DNA from: Octopus vulgaris
Lineage: Eukaryota
Direction: 5' to 3'
DNA: 64,000 bases
NCBI GenBank assembly: GCA_951406725.2
Contig: OX597814.1
Span: 38,626,001-38,690,000 of the forward strand
A model generated the notes under the pieces. That model worked only from the letters and a program-made list of their open reading frames with translations. It was not told the origin of the DNA and ran no database searches. The position numbers were made by a program, and so were the translations under genes. This document shows, piece after piece, positions 27,193-41,319 of this stretch. Position 1 is the stretch's first letter, and every line of letters begins with the position of its first letter.

Positions 27193-27707
27193 TCTATATA
27201 TATAAAACTGTAGTTGTGTGAGTGTCTGTCTCCTACGATTTAGATTCCTAACTCCTCCCACATTTTGCTGTGCAGTTTAACCAAATTCGGGTATCTTATA
27301 GTCGTGATTAATATCAAGCCTGTCTGGCTATTAGCGCGCGTCTACGATGAGTCTACGATTTAAAAATAATTTAACATCATTTTTTATTCCATTTTAATGC
27401 ATAATTTTTCGTGTGTCGATGGCGGCGGAGTTGGCGTCCACGCTCAAACACCTGCACCTGTGTTTGCTTCTCCCCCTTTTTCTCTCCCTCGTGAAGCTAT
27501 GGGGAAGGGAGTTTAAGGAAATCAACGTCGTAATGCGTTGTCAAGGAGACCAGCGTTCTTTTAGAACAACGACTTCATGGCTTGAAGACACCAAAACAGA
27601 ATGGCTAAGAAAGCCCGAATTGGCACCTATAAAGGAAGTAACTCTCTAAAAATGCTTATATAGTTATTTCCCTTACAAACCCGAGCAACGCCGGGCGATA
27701 CTGCTAG
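27193..27707 (+). mobile_element. Non-autonomous Helitron, complete (515 bp)
   Basis: 5' TCTATATATATAAAA; 3' GC-rich hairpin CCCGAGCAACGCCGGG (27680-27695) followed by terminal CTAG. Inserted between host A (27192) and T (27708), with no TSD. These are the canonical Helitron hallmarks. Confidence 0.88.
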
Positions 27708-28104
27708 TTGTTAATAAAAATCCGGTGAGTTGCGTTCCATTATTTGATAAATGGAATATGTATAAACAAACGACTAAACGTATAGGGAATGTAAAACCAA
27801 ACGGGAGACAAACGCCAGGTTCGTAATTTCTTCATCAGATATCGACCAATTGGTACTGTTCAGTTACGCATTTTGAACGATAAGACTGAGTTCCTCCCCC
27901 AATTTATATGTGTATATATGCATGTATGTATAATACAGTTCTAGGATAAGAACTTACAATGAATTAGATATAATTTCCGACGGCCTCTTTTTAAATATCC
28001 GGAATTCAGACTAGTAAATAACGCGATAAGAAATATTTATACGTTAAACAGTCCAGTGTTTCATCACCCTCATCTACATAAAATTAAAGCGCTCTGCAAT
28101 ATGT

Positions 28105-28121
28105 ATGTATACCTATCTATA

Positions 28122-28186
<65 letters not shown>

Positions 28187-28233
28187 ATATCTATCTATCT
28201 ATATATCTATATCTATCTGTGTATATACATATG

Positions 28234-28278
<45 letters not shown>

Positions 28279-28425
28279 GTATATATATATATGTATATAT
28301 ATATGTATGTATATATGTATGTATATATGTATGTATATATATATGTATGTATATATATATGTATATATATATATGTATATATATGTATATGTACATATAT
28401 ATATATGTATATATATGTATATGTA

Positions 28426-28462
<37 letters not shown>

Positions 28463-28475
28463 TATATATTATATA
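28105..28475. repeat. (CTAT)n plus (TA)n/(TATG)n compound microsatellite
   Basis: Directly visible. Confidence 0.95.
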
Positions 28476-29966
28476 TATTTATACGTGCACGCACATACAC
28501 ATATACATACGGATGTATTTATATACATACACGTACATACATAACTAGACACATATATAAAGACGCAAACACACACATACATGCAAGTCGAAAATTAACA
28601 ATAAGAATTAACGAATGTCACAAGGTCGTACAGTCTTAATCAGCTTGATGCTCAGTGTAAGATGAAAAAAAAAAAGAAGGGTGGTGAATAAATTTTCGAA
28701 CACTGACCATCGTCAGTAAATGGAGGAAAGAAAAATCCAAGCAAGGATAAATAAAACGTCCAAGAAAAGCACGTGTGACATTACATGGTTAAAGTGACTG
28801 GGTCTCTATGTAGGTATGCAAGCATATATATATATACTTCTATAGTTTCTATACTATTCAGAGTGCATAATGTCATTTGAACAACAATACGAGACTGCTT
28901 CCATGCATTGATGTTGAAACTGAAATTCATAGTAACCCACAACCAATATCGAATATTTTGCTTCACTTTCAGAATTACTACTTTTCTATGAGAGTAGTTA
29001 AAGTCATATACCGATGAGATAGATCAGTGAGAAATTAAAGATTGACCACAAGAGAATGGAACCCGCAATATAGTAATGCTCATTAAATGTACATTTGGAT
29101 TGACACTCGACTAAAATGGTCCTCTTATTCAAAGTTATAGTGGTATGTGGCGTAGGAGTAGTAGTGATAATAATAGCGATTGCTTAAATGATATTCAGCA
29201 TGTTGATATTGGTAATACTTTAAAACATTCTTTTCAATCCCATTCATATCAATGCTCACTATTCGTTTTGAAGAAATGCACGGAACAAAGCCACTTATAT
29301 TTACTATATGATACGGATAGAAATATGGGGCGTTTCATTAGAATTACATCGAAAGGAATTCTACTGTTACACGGTCCTTATATACATGCATATGGACATA
29401 CACGAATATATATGTAAATGCATATATATACATATATACAAACACACACATATATGTGTATATAACAAGAGAGAAAGCGGCAGACAGAGAGAGAGAAAGA
29501 GAGAGAGAGAGAAATAAATAGACTAGTACATATACCGATAGATAGACAGTTACACTAATACACACACAGACATATGCAAATACACAGACACACACACACA
29601 GATATATATATATATATATATATACTCATACAAACACATATACATATACATGCTTACGTCTATATTTCTATATTATGCTTTTTGATTCCGCTCAAAATTT
29701 TCTCCGCCCATTTTGCACTTACTCGCGTTAGTAAAGAATAGTTTCACTGACATATACGGAAGCTGGTTTATACGAATATATTCATTCATTTATAGAGCAG
29801 CATGCATTAACATAAGTGCAAAGCACACATGTATAATTATATGTAAGTGTGAGTATGTGTTAGACGCACATACGAACACACAAACACACAAGCATATGAA
29901 CAATTGCATATACATAAATATGTGTGCGTGCGTATGTGTGTACGTGTGTGTGTATATATATATATA

Positions 29967-30002
<36 letters not shown>

Positions 30003-30037
30003 CACGCACTTACAACTATGCATATTTGTGTATATAC

Positions 30038-30077
<40 letters not shown>

Positions 30078-30351
30078 GCACACACAACAGTGTAGAAGGA
30101 GGGACAGACAGAGAGGGGGAAGAGACAGAGAGAGATGGGGAAGTGTGAAAGATTGAGAGAGAGAGAATTATACTCAGCGAATTTATGGCTTTTGTAACAG
30201 TATAAATGGTTGTCTGTGCACCGAATATTTTTCCTAATTTTTTAACTTCGTTCATGCTTTCTTTTCGCTTTTATTATATGCAGTTTGATTTTCGAACATA
30301 TACGTACTTAAGTACGTCCAGCACATAACTTAAATGGCAACGAAAGAGAAC

Positions 30352-30424
<73 letters not shown>

Positions 30425-30516
30425 TTATATATATATATACTTATGAAAATGCGAGCATGTATACATATACTTACGCACTCATATATGGATATAGGGTGGC
30501 TAGAAAAGTGTAACAT

Positions 30517-30548
<32 letters not shown>

Positions 30549-31499
30549 GACATACGTAAATGTGTGTATGCATACATATGCACAGTTATGTGTTCATACA
30601 CATTTACATATTATTATAGAAACCTGCGTGTATGTATGAATGTTTGCGTACGCGTATACCTGTATATTGTAGCACATATATGTAATACGCAAATACATTC
30701 ACTTTCAAGTACATACATATATATATATATACGCACGCGCACACACACACACACACACACACGCACACACACATGACTATATATATTTGCAAGTTCATGT
30801 ATGTGTGTAGGATTTATATCTCTGTGAGTGATAGCGTCATAAAGCATGCTTTTACAGACAGGAAACATTTGACTCACAAGAAATTTAAATCAAAACGCTG
30901 TGTTGCATTGTTATTTTTTGTTAAAATTTCTAAAGAGACATTTTCTTAAATATTCTTTCTTAGAATGCTTAGTTTAGCTCAGACATTCCTATAGAAAGAG
31001 CAACTATATATAACTTTTCTTTATAACACCTTTCTGAAAACCCCACGATGAACTCTGCCGTAAAATCAAAGAAACTGTTCAGTGTTCCGACAATCTACTT
31101 CATATGTTTGCCTGGAGAAAACCTGTTAACTTATTTCCTGTGAAATCCCATTGAAAACACTTGATATATAACACTTTTGTATATAGTTAGTAGATATATT
31201 ATATTAGTTTCCCAGAAACATTCGTTCCATCCCTCACCACACATACACGCGCAGACTTGTTTAAACATTTTTCATGATTAGTTTTAACAAATCAGTCAAA
31301 CTTATATTCTCCTTCGTTGTACAAGACATCTACCCAAAATATTATTAAGTTGCTAATGCTGTAGAAATCCTCTCATCTTTACTCGAATTCATGACACTCT
31401 ATTTCCTACGTCGTTGTTGAATTAACTCGTGCAATTAGAGAGCGAAAGTAAAAAGTGAAATCGCTATATCCGGAAGGAACGGAAGCCGTGATGAAACTT

Positions 31500-31760
31500 T
31501 CCAAACGAGATAATTGAATAGAGCATTTGGTTAATTCAGCGACTTGGTTGTTAGCATTGCCTTGATGTAGGGACTCCTATGTTGCCCGTTTGTACCTTTC
31601 ATTCAGAGATTATGATACCCATGCAGCGAGCCTTTGGATCTCATCCATCAAGTGAACTTGGCATGCGACAGGATCATTAGAACAACCCATCTGTAGGATC
31701 AATTCCGTTGAAGAATGACGTGGTTCTATGTGAACGAGCGGTTTCCCGTCGATTCTCAAT
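31500..31760 (-). mobile_element. Possible RTE-clade LINE RT fragment
   Basis: Minus strand DEIQRLAA... resembles the post-YLG 'EI.RRLA' segment of RTE ORFs; very decayed. Confidence 0.35.
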
Positions 31761-32321
31761 CAGATAAATATATCTGCCAGCGCTAGTTAGATATACGAGG
31801 CCGACTTTGCTGTCCTTGAAAACGTGAAACATGTTACTGTGCAGTACTTTCTGTAATAAAACTAACACGTTCACAATGCAAATATCTCGACTAGCTTTGG
31901 CTGATTTGGAACCTTAATTGAAGGCGAAATAAAGCAGCCGTAAAAATGATCCTTCATTTTCTTACATGCCCATGAGTCGTCATATATCTGAAAGGAAGAA
32001 TAGAGTTACACAAAGCACAAAACACGCGGAAAAACATAGTTTTCATGATATTCAAATAACGTCAGAAAGAAACGAACAAAAATATCTCTCACACTAATAC
32101 GTAACGATTTGACAATTGTTAAAACAGTTCAGATTATTGTTCTATGCAATTTCGACAACCAATGAGGAATATTAAAAGCGTGTGACAATACTGACATAAT
32201 GTTGTCAAATATCTATGCCTATGTATACAGACTCAAAGTTGCGAAACGCGCAGATGCCTGCACTCATGACATATGTATAATATGTATATGTACTATCACA
32301 CACCCCGTATATGCATATACC

Positions 32322-32445
<124 letters not shown>

Positions 32446-33180
32446 ATAGAGAAAGATGAACAGAGAGACGAGAGACAGAGAGAGACAGAATGCATGCAAT
32501 ATACAAGTTATATTTATGAAATTCATAGGAAAATATGCAAATAATTTTAACAAAAGAGCGTTTCACTCAAATGTGTCAAAACTGGTGCAATTGCAATAGA
32601 GCTATTTAAAAATATGTAGCTATGCAATTCATTACTCTGATGGCATCAATAACATTAGTAACAGTCATTGAAGTAAATTTCTAATAAATACCTAATGAAA
32701 ATAACTTCGAGCATTAATTAATATTACGTTAACGTTATAATCAGTTACCGAGAAAAGGTAAACAGTACGCACAAGGTCTCCAAGTAGTTATTTTTTTTCA
32801 AGTTAAATATTATAGAAAACATGGAAGGACGTTTCGTTTAGTATAACCAGAGAAAGCGATACGGAACACTGAATTATATGGACAATAACTTTAATAGTCT
32901 AATTTGATTTTTTTTTCTTTTAATATATAAGTTTAAAGAGTTTCATTTCACATTGGTTAATCCTTTTTATTGAAGCGGTTGTTTGACATTACAAATGTTA
33001 TATCAGGTAATGCATACAAGGATACATACAAGTTTTACTTATATTAAAAGATGTCTGTCCAGTACTGAGTAAATATCATCATCAGAGCTAAATATGTGTG
33101 CACCCAATTATAAATTTACGTACACACCGGAAGTATGTATATATATATATATATATATATATAAATATATATATATATAG

Positions 33181-33478
33181 AGGCGCAACGCCCCAGTGGT
33201 TAGGGCAGCGGACTTGCGGTCGTAGGATAGTGGTTTCGAACCCCAGATCGGGCGTTGTGAGTGTTTATTGAGCGAAAACACCTAAAACGTCGGCAGGGTG
33301 TGGTGGAGATCCCTGCTGTACTCTTTCGCCACAACTTTCTCTCACTCTTTCTTTTGTTGGCCTGCTCGCTTAGCCAGCGGGGTGGCGTCATTTGAAGGCT
33401 AAATAGATGCGAAGCGCACTGTGACCAGCGATGTGTAGCAACATCAGATAGCCTGGTCGGTCACTGTGATCCTGGTGA
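33181..33478 (+). mobile_element. tRNA-derived SINE family 2, full length
   Basis: tRNA-like head GGCGCAACGCCCCAGTGGTTAGGGCAGCGGAC...GGTTTCGAACCCC (A and B boxes), about 300-bp body, embedded in (TA)n on both sides. Confidence 0.85.
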
Positions 33479-33802
33479 TATATATATATATATATATAAA
33501 ATATTCTACTCTATGCGTTTATCTGGAACAGCTATTAAGTTTTAAGAATGGATAGTTTCACTCAACATATCCATAAAGATAATTGCTTTTATATAATTGG
33601 AAATTATATCACTCAACTCTCTGAAACTACTATGATTCTCCAGATTAGCATTTTATTGGCGCTGTACATTTAGCAGGCACTTCTACATTTTATTATGCCT
33701 AGTCAATACACTTAGAGTTACTTATAACACATGGCAATGTTCTCAGCATTGAAAGCGCGCATGCTTGGGTGTGTGTGCGCGTGCGTGCTTATGATACTCT
33801 AT

Positions 33803-34530
33803 CTAAGCTGAACACATTAATCTTCCTCTGCCAGCAGCATATTGTTTATCATGTGAGCAGACGAAATCGACAATAGATAGCCAGACGCTGTAGCACTGAA
33901 GACACTGAAAGCTATCCCGAACAACACCTGTAGGGTGTTGCGCACAGCGTTTCCTCCTCTTATCTTGCACTCTCCTGTTTTCGGTTTCAAAGCGTTTTAT
34001 TCTGGCGTCACACTCAGACCTTCTTGCTTTCTGATTAACATCCAGGACATTCAAAAGATTGGGACAGACACACATACAATGAGATAGTCATGAGATAGTC
34101 GAGAAAGTGAAGTCTTAATCTCCTATGAGTCATAGCTCCAATCTCAATCTTGCTATCCTAAAGGCCTACTTACTGTCACGATCTCGCCGAAAAGGACCAT
34201 ATTTGAGAGCCAGTTAACCGGCATCCGTCTCATGTGGTCAATCCAGCGAGGAAGACCACTAGGCATGCAGAACTCAAAACTGTATATCCCAGCCTTCAAG
34301 AGTATTTCCGTATCAGGGACCTTGTCCGTCCCCGCACGTGAAACAGAAGATGATTTCAAGTGATATGACACAGAACGCTTCTAGTTGTCAGATCTGGAAA
34401 CGATAAACGATCTAACACTCAGACCTGTACAGGAGGGTAGATACACAGATACACAGAGCTCGATTAAAGGACGTTATTGCATTTGCCCACTAAGTCTCCC
34501 GAATGAAGCAGACACCAAGTTGATCCGACG
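33803..34530 (-). mobile_element. RTE-clade LINE 3' fragment
   Basis: RWIDHMRRMPVNWLSNMVLFGEIVTVSRPLG matches the RTE motif RWLGHV.RM...RLPK..L.GEL..G.R..G. C-terminal KRRKR...FQCLQC...SH is a zinc-finger remnant. Confidence 0.78.
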
Positions 34531-34899
34531 AAGTATGTATTCGTCAAGCAGTCAATGTATTTATATGTGTGTGCGTACATATCTGTAACAATATATACAT
34601 GTATAAACATATATATGCAGGTATTTCTGTATCTGAATATGTTAGTGAGCATATGCGTTAGCACGTGGGTGATTTGATCACCTTTTATATGACCAAATGA
34701 GTAAAGGTCACTTCATTAAGGCTGAGACATGTCAATTGCCTTTACGGCCAAGCAGAAACCTAATTGTATTTCGAAATACAATTATAGTTTATATTTCAGT
34801 TTCCTCCCTTGTCTTTATTGATGTAAAAGAAATCTAGTATTTCAAAAATATGTATTATAATTACTCCCTGTCTTTCTCTTTTCCCTTCTTTTCTTCACT

Positions 34900-34971
<72 letters not shown>

Positions 34972-35085
34972 GTAAGAAGAAGAAAAAGAAAAAGAAGAAA
35001 AAGAGGAAGAAGTGGGAGTAGAAAAAGAAAAAGAATGGGGAGGAGGAGGAGTAGAAGAAGAAGCAGAAGAAGAAGAAGAAGAGTG
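34900..35085. repeat. (TAA)n followed by a (GAA)-rich purine tract
   Basis: Directly visible. Confidence 0.93.
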
Positions 35086-35495
35086 AAGGAAATAAAATTT
35101 TAATTGAATTTAGCAGAATTTTAACTTCCGTGTTATGTCGTGTTAACAAATCAAAAAAGACAAAATAGTGATGTCAACACCTATCACTGACTTTCAGGAC
35201 ATCATCTCATGAAAATGGGAAGACATTTGAATTATGTATAAATATACGCATGCACTTCTTTCCTTAATAATACCAGAGCATACGAAAAATAAACCTAAAA
35301 GCCATTCTCTCCCCTTTAGAAGCAGTTAACAGTAAAACCACTACATACATTCTAGGATTGCTTTTTATTTTTGTGAATAGGCATGCTTCATTAATGGTTT
35401 CAACTATTAATTTACAATCTAAGTAGTTGCCGTATATATTTTTTCAAGTAAAGTAGGGATACTCATACTTACTGCATACTATATATAAATATATA

Positions 35496-35528
<33 letters not shown>

Positions 35529-35539
35529 GTGGGCGGTGT

Positions 35540-35733
35540 TGTTGTGTGTCTGTGTTTGTTCCACCAACATCGCTTGACAACCGATGTTTGTATATTTAGC
35601 GGTTCGGCAAAAGAAAACGATAGAATTAGTTACAGGCTTAGAAAGAATAAGTTCTGGATTCGATTTGTTCGATTAAATGCGGTGCCCTAGCATAGCCGCA
35701 GTTAAATAGATGAAACAATTAAAAGAATAAAAA
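35540..35733 (+). mobile_element. SINE family 3, 3' half
   Basis: TGTGTTTGT...CATCGCTTGACAACCGATG...TTAGCGGTTCGGCAAAAGA...GCGGTGCCCTAGCATAGCCGCAG; homologous to the copy at 35955-36140. Confidence 0.82.
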
Positions 35734-35746
35734 TAGTATTCCCTTC

Positions 35747-35783
<37 letters not shown>

Positions 35784-35826
35784 AGTGAGTGTACATTAAA
35801 CATATACATAGATGTGGACATAGGAA

Positions 35827-36140
35827 GTGACACCTTCAGCAAGTGTTTTCTACTATAGCTTCAACCAGACGAAAATGTTCTGAGTGGATTTGGTACACGG
35901 AAACTTAAGCAAGCCCGTCGTATATATATATATATATATATATATGCATATATTTGTCTGTCTGTGTTTGTCCCACTGCCATCGCTTGACAACTGATGCT
36001 GGTGTCCATGAAGACTAGCGATTCGGGAAGAGACCCAATAAATAAGTACTAGGCTTAGAAAGTATATGTCCTGGGGTCGATTTCTTCGACTAAAGGCATT
36101 ATTCCATTGTGGCCGCATGACTGAATAAAGTAAAAGAATT
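35827..36140 (+). mobile_element. SINE family 3, 5'-truncated, with internal (TA)n
   Basis: CACCTTCAGCAAGTGTTTTCTACTATAGC...GAGTGGATTTGGTACACGGAAAC...CCCGTCG, then (TA)n, then the 3' half shared with the 35540 copy. Confidence 0.85.
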
Positions 36141-36714
36141 TATATATACATATGATGTCTGCAAACTCGTGTTCGAGTATTGCCAGAGACAGATCGAAAA
36201 TCTTACACCTGCGAAGACTATGACCAGCCATTTTAAAAATAACCCTTACTTGTTTTTTTTTGTTTTGTTTTCAAAGCGATGTCCGTGAATGATGATTTTT
36301 TTTATAGTGGGGACTGGATTTGCACAAATCCAATCCCACTCTCCGAACACGGTCAATATAAACTCTAAGAGAACGAGGTTACCTCATAGAATATTGTCAG
36401 AATCGCCTATCTTCTCTGAGTTTCCTTCACTTAGAGAGTAGTTGTGACTAACATAGGGGCCTACCACACCTTGTAGAAGAACCACATGACTGGACACAAA
36501 CCCAGATATTTCCGCGTCCCTATGCATAAATACATGCATACATACGCACGTACACATATCGTTGGATGGCTGTTGTCTACTCATTATTTTCGTCTGCACT
36601 GTACCCAAAAATCACCTTCCTCACGAAGCAAGCTAGAATTAGGTTCCCCGTTTAGTCAACAACAACTCATCGATGCAGCAACATGTACTGGATTACATGT
36701 TAGCAGTATGTATG

Positions 36715-36782
<68 letters not shown>

Positions 36783-38652
36783 AAAATATGCAGCAAAGAT
36801 ATTCAAAGGTAATGGAGTACGATCCTTTCAAGCAAATCCATTTAATTGAACACTGTTGTATAAAGACATAGAATGAAATTAAATTAAATTAAATCAAATG
36901 GACTCATTAGTATAATTTTACTGAAATCCTTCAAGAAGTTAAAGAGGGAGACAAAGAACATGTTGTCTTCACTTCAGCTTAGAAACTACTAAGGTATCAG
37001 GAAAAAAGGCTTGTGAGAGATCTAGCTTGTCACTGGTTTTGGGGTCGGTTATAATTTATCGTCTTTTTTATCAAATATTTGTATATCAAAATCTTAGGCC
37101 AAAGAACAAAGAGCAGTATTTCATAGGAAGGGGGCTGAGGGAATCGACAGAAATCCTAGTGGGCATAATCATAAAACTATCAAGACTAATTTGAAGGAAT
37201 ATAATTTTATCCTTTTGTTATAATATCTTTCTTAAAAATCATCTGAATAACCCTAAATTTCAACTTCATTCAGTATGGCAATATTGTTTGAAATATTTAA
37301 CTATAGTACTCCCTGAAAAAATTTCCCCTGTATCATTATCAATGTGGCTTGCCCCTTTAATCATCTGCTATCGTCTTGATTTAAGATTTCCCTTACCAAA
37401 TTTCATTATATTGAAGTTGCTAGAATCGATCATATAGCATTAACTCTGGATATCTTTGTTGCTTATTTTGATTTCAATCCCCTTATTTTGAAATTTTATG
37501 GATATTACAGTGCTAAATTCTGGTGCCTCAACTTAAGTACCTATGTCATCTGAATTCAAATTATTGCTTATGTATATATATCTGTGTGTGTGTGTGTATG
37601 TGTATGTGTATTATATCCATTCGGAAAACATATTCTCAAAGGAACATACTGTATTTTATTTATGAGGGGATGTTAAAGTGATAATTTTGAAATGCGTTTC
37701 GGAATGTACCATAGTTTTAATACATCCAAGTATAGTTCTTTTTTGCTTGCTTTTCTTTTAACTCTAGTCATTTAGATTCCAGTATATTTGTGATTGGAAA
37801 CCTATGTAGAGGGATTTGTTTTCTTTCAAATTGTACAAATAAGCACAAACAAAACAAAAATAATATTTTCCGAAACTAAAGTGCATATGTAAAATCGTAT
37901 TGTGTTCATTTGCTTATTCTTGTCTCTTCATTTGTCGACGAGAGAATATCTCAAACACTAGCTATAAAGATGTATTCTGCTCTTAAATATTTAATTTAAT
38001 TTTTTTTTGTTCCTTTACCGAAGACTGAATATATGATCGGCACATTCTATTTGCAACTATTTGAAAATCAATTATCTAGAGCTGCAAATATTCCCCTGAA
38101 AAGAAAAGGCTTTGATTATTTAAACTGAAAATTTGAAAGTACTTAGTTATTCAGCTAATTTTCTCGGTGTATATATGCTGTCTTATTTTGATTAACCTAT
38201 TCGGCTAATTTGATTCGGTAAACAAATTTATAATAAAATTTGTTAAATACAGTGTATTGTTTAAGCTATTTATCTTCCAATTAGCAAATAATTAAACCAA
38301 TCATTAAAACCAGATTAAATGTATTTGTGTATATTATCGTTTCATTATTGAGTAAATTATTGCTAGATTTTTTTTTGCCGCTAATCTATCTTTTCTCTTC
38401 ATATATTTTGTATTTCAGCTTCGACAGCATCTGTACCTAATTTGTCTCCGACATTATTAACATGGTGATTCATGCAGAGTCATTAGGATTAACAGTATAA
38501 AGGCATATGTTGAACCAAATGACGTCATCTTATTCCGTAAGTATACGGACTATTTTACAATTCTTTTTCTATTCCTAAGCGTTATACTAATACATCTGTT
38601 TGTTTTGTACACCACCTGTCTTCGTCTTTTGTGGGTTTTTTTCGTAAACTAT

Positions 38653-38709
<57 letters not shown>

Positions 38710-39714
38710 CTGCCATATTGATTTGTGTATGCATATACATATTTGTATTTTTATTTGTATGTACGATATATAGATGCACACATATACATATAATTACAGA
38801 TATATATATATTCTATATATACGCACGCACACGTACAGACACACACGCACATATGTATATATGCATATATCTGAATGTTTATATCGGCTTCCATATATTT
38901 TTCTTGCTTCCACATATATTGTTACAGTATGTATCCACAGAGGCCTCCTCGCAGAAGCTTCATCGAATGAAGTTCGAAGACTTTATCTAATAACTTCAAT
39001 TTTGATGTATTTCTGGAAACAAAATTTATTCATAATTGAAAAACAGTGAAACTAAATATTCTATTGCCGTTTGTCACAAGCCACCATAATGTTCTGTATC
39101 GTAAAATATATGCTCTCTTTTTTCTCCAAGATTACACTTCAAACTCCCGCATCCATCACCTAAAAAGGAACTCTAATATAATAATTATTGGGAAATAATG
39201 TAGCTTTCAATTGGAGGTATTTATTTGAATTCATTGTCTAAAGTATCCATAAAAACTAGTTGGACATTCATTGGTGACAATGTATTTCATGTTATATCAA
39301 GCAGTAGATTCATATATGTCAATAGTGCATGTAATTCACTTTAACAATATATAGTTACATTGTGAGATTGTTATTTGATGCCCTTCTATGCTTAATATAT
39401 TTTAAGTGTAGGAATACGATAATTACTATGAATTTGAATCTTCTTATGAAATAATGTGCAACTGTACAATTCAAACCAATATCTTATATGTTCCTTGCAT
39501 GTGACTCTCTATAGTCAAAAAATACTGAGTGGATTGAATGACATGATATCTTGGTGTTCACTATCCTCCTATGACTGCATAGAATAGCGGTTGCTTTTTG
39601 TATTTTACGAGCTTCCACAACTTCTCAAAAGAATGGGAACATTTTTTTACGAAAACAACAGGTCTTGTGACAAGACTGAGATCTGTTTCTTCTTCTAGAT
39701 TTGTAGGGTAGAAC

Positions 39715-39880
39715 GATGGTAAAAACGCTTAGCAGCATGTCGTTCCTATTGCCGTTCTGAGTTCGAATTCCACCGAGATGGACTTCATATTTTCATCATT
39801 CCGAGGTCGTTGTAAATGACTAGTAGTCTCCTGCAGAATTGCAGGCCTTCCGCCTTTACTAGAAAGGATTATTATTATTA
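39715..39880 (+). mobile_element. SINE family 1, degenerate and internally deleted, tail type B
   Basis: CGTTCTGAGTTCGAATTCCACCGAG...TTTCATCATTCCGAGGTCG...GCAGGCCTT...TAGAAAGGATTATTATTA. Confidence 0.72.
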
Positions 39881-41115
39881 GTAGTAGCAATGGAATACAA
39901 ATTTAATTCAAGAAGTATGTATTACAATTTGGTGGCCAAATTTTATAATTGCTTTATGTTTCGCTTCTCAAAGGTTTTGTCACTCGTTTGTTCCGCAATC
40001 TCCGTTGTTACTTAGCTCTCTTTTCCTGTACGACTAAATATCGAATGCGTTTTGTCTTTTATTCTGGAGCTCAATATATTTCGTTTTTTACTTAATATTT
40101 ATAATGTAAAACTTCGTAGACCAATTGGGGAATCTTTTCAAATAACGCCATCGTATCTTCCTCATTAACTGCAGTGTTGTTAAATATTGTTTTTCCATGA
40201 TCTGGAAATTGACACTTTTCTACTATATATTTGTAAAGATTATTGCGTGAATAACAAAGGTCAACACGATTTTCTTTTACATTTTAACAAATAATTCCAC
40301 AACTTCTCTTCTGTAACTCCTCTCTTATTCGCATTCCTTTGTCTTACCTCGCTTTCTCTCTCTTCTTTATGGCTTTAACTCACCCTATTTAATTTTTTTT
40401 TTTGTATCACAATCTCACTGTTTTCTCTTGCTCCCTATGTGCATATAATCTACGTATATGCATACATTTCTACATTTCTCTGCAGAGTTCCGAACAACTT
40501 TGATTTATTGTGAAAAGCAAAAATAGTAGATTACATATTATTCACATTACCAGAATTAGGTTATCCACATTTATTGCAGAACTTTCCATGGCTATCTTCA
40601 ATCATTATATATTGAGATCTCTTTGAATTAAAAGTAGCATGAAATAAGTGGTTGTTTATCACGAATGTCTAAAATTAATACATAAACATGTAATATTTGT
40701 GTTTTATTTAATCCATCGTCTAACACTTTTTACGTTTAATTTATAGATTCATTGGCAGAGTGCCATATTTAAAGATAATTGTTTAATGTTATATGAATGA
40801 AAACTTTTTATACATTAGGAGTAACCTTCGATTACATGAGGTGTTTAAAGTGATATTCAAATGTAAAATATAAAAATACCACGATAATACGTTTCCATAA
40901 TTATTTTACCGTGTATTTTGCACATGACAGCTGAGTAGATAAATGTCTGATTCACTAGATGAAGTATTTTACTAACTAATCATGTACAATTCACTAATAC
41001 TTAAGCGTATTCGTGAATATTTTTTGCTTTTGTATATGAATTCTTACACCCATATTTATGCATATATGTGTGTGAATACACACACATGCACACACACACA
41101 CACATACACACACAT

Positions 41116-41148
<33 letters not shown>

Positions 41149-41279
41149 GATATATGTACATATATATGCGTGCGTGTGCGTGCCTCATGTATATATATAT
41201 ATATATACATAGAAGCACACATATATATAGACATATACGCACAAATATTTATATAGCTTTACATTATATATATACCTGC

Positions 41280-41319
<40 letters not shown>

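Noticed and set aside
27810-27845. Second hammerhead-like core on the minus strand (CTGATGA...CGAAC)
   Set aside because: The GAAA motif is broken and the flanking helices are absent.
28690-28725. Hammerhead-like core on the minus strand (CTGACGA...CGAAA)
   Set aside because: Stem II does not close and no stem III or NUH site can be formed; at most a decayed Penelope-type remnant.
33181-33255. Possible tRNA gene
   Set aside because: The tRNA-like head lacks a good cloverleaf and continues into a SINE body with no oligo-T terminator.
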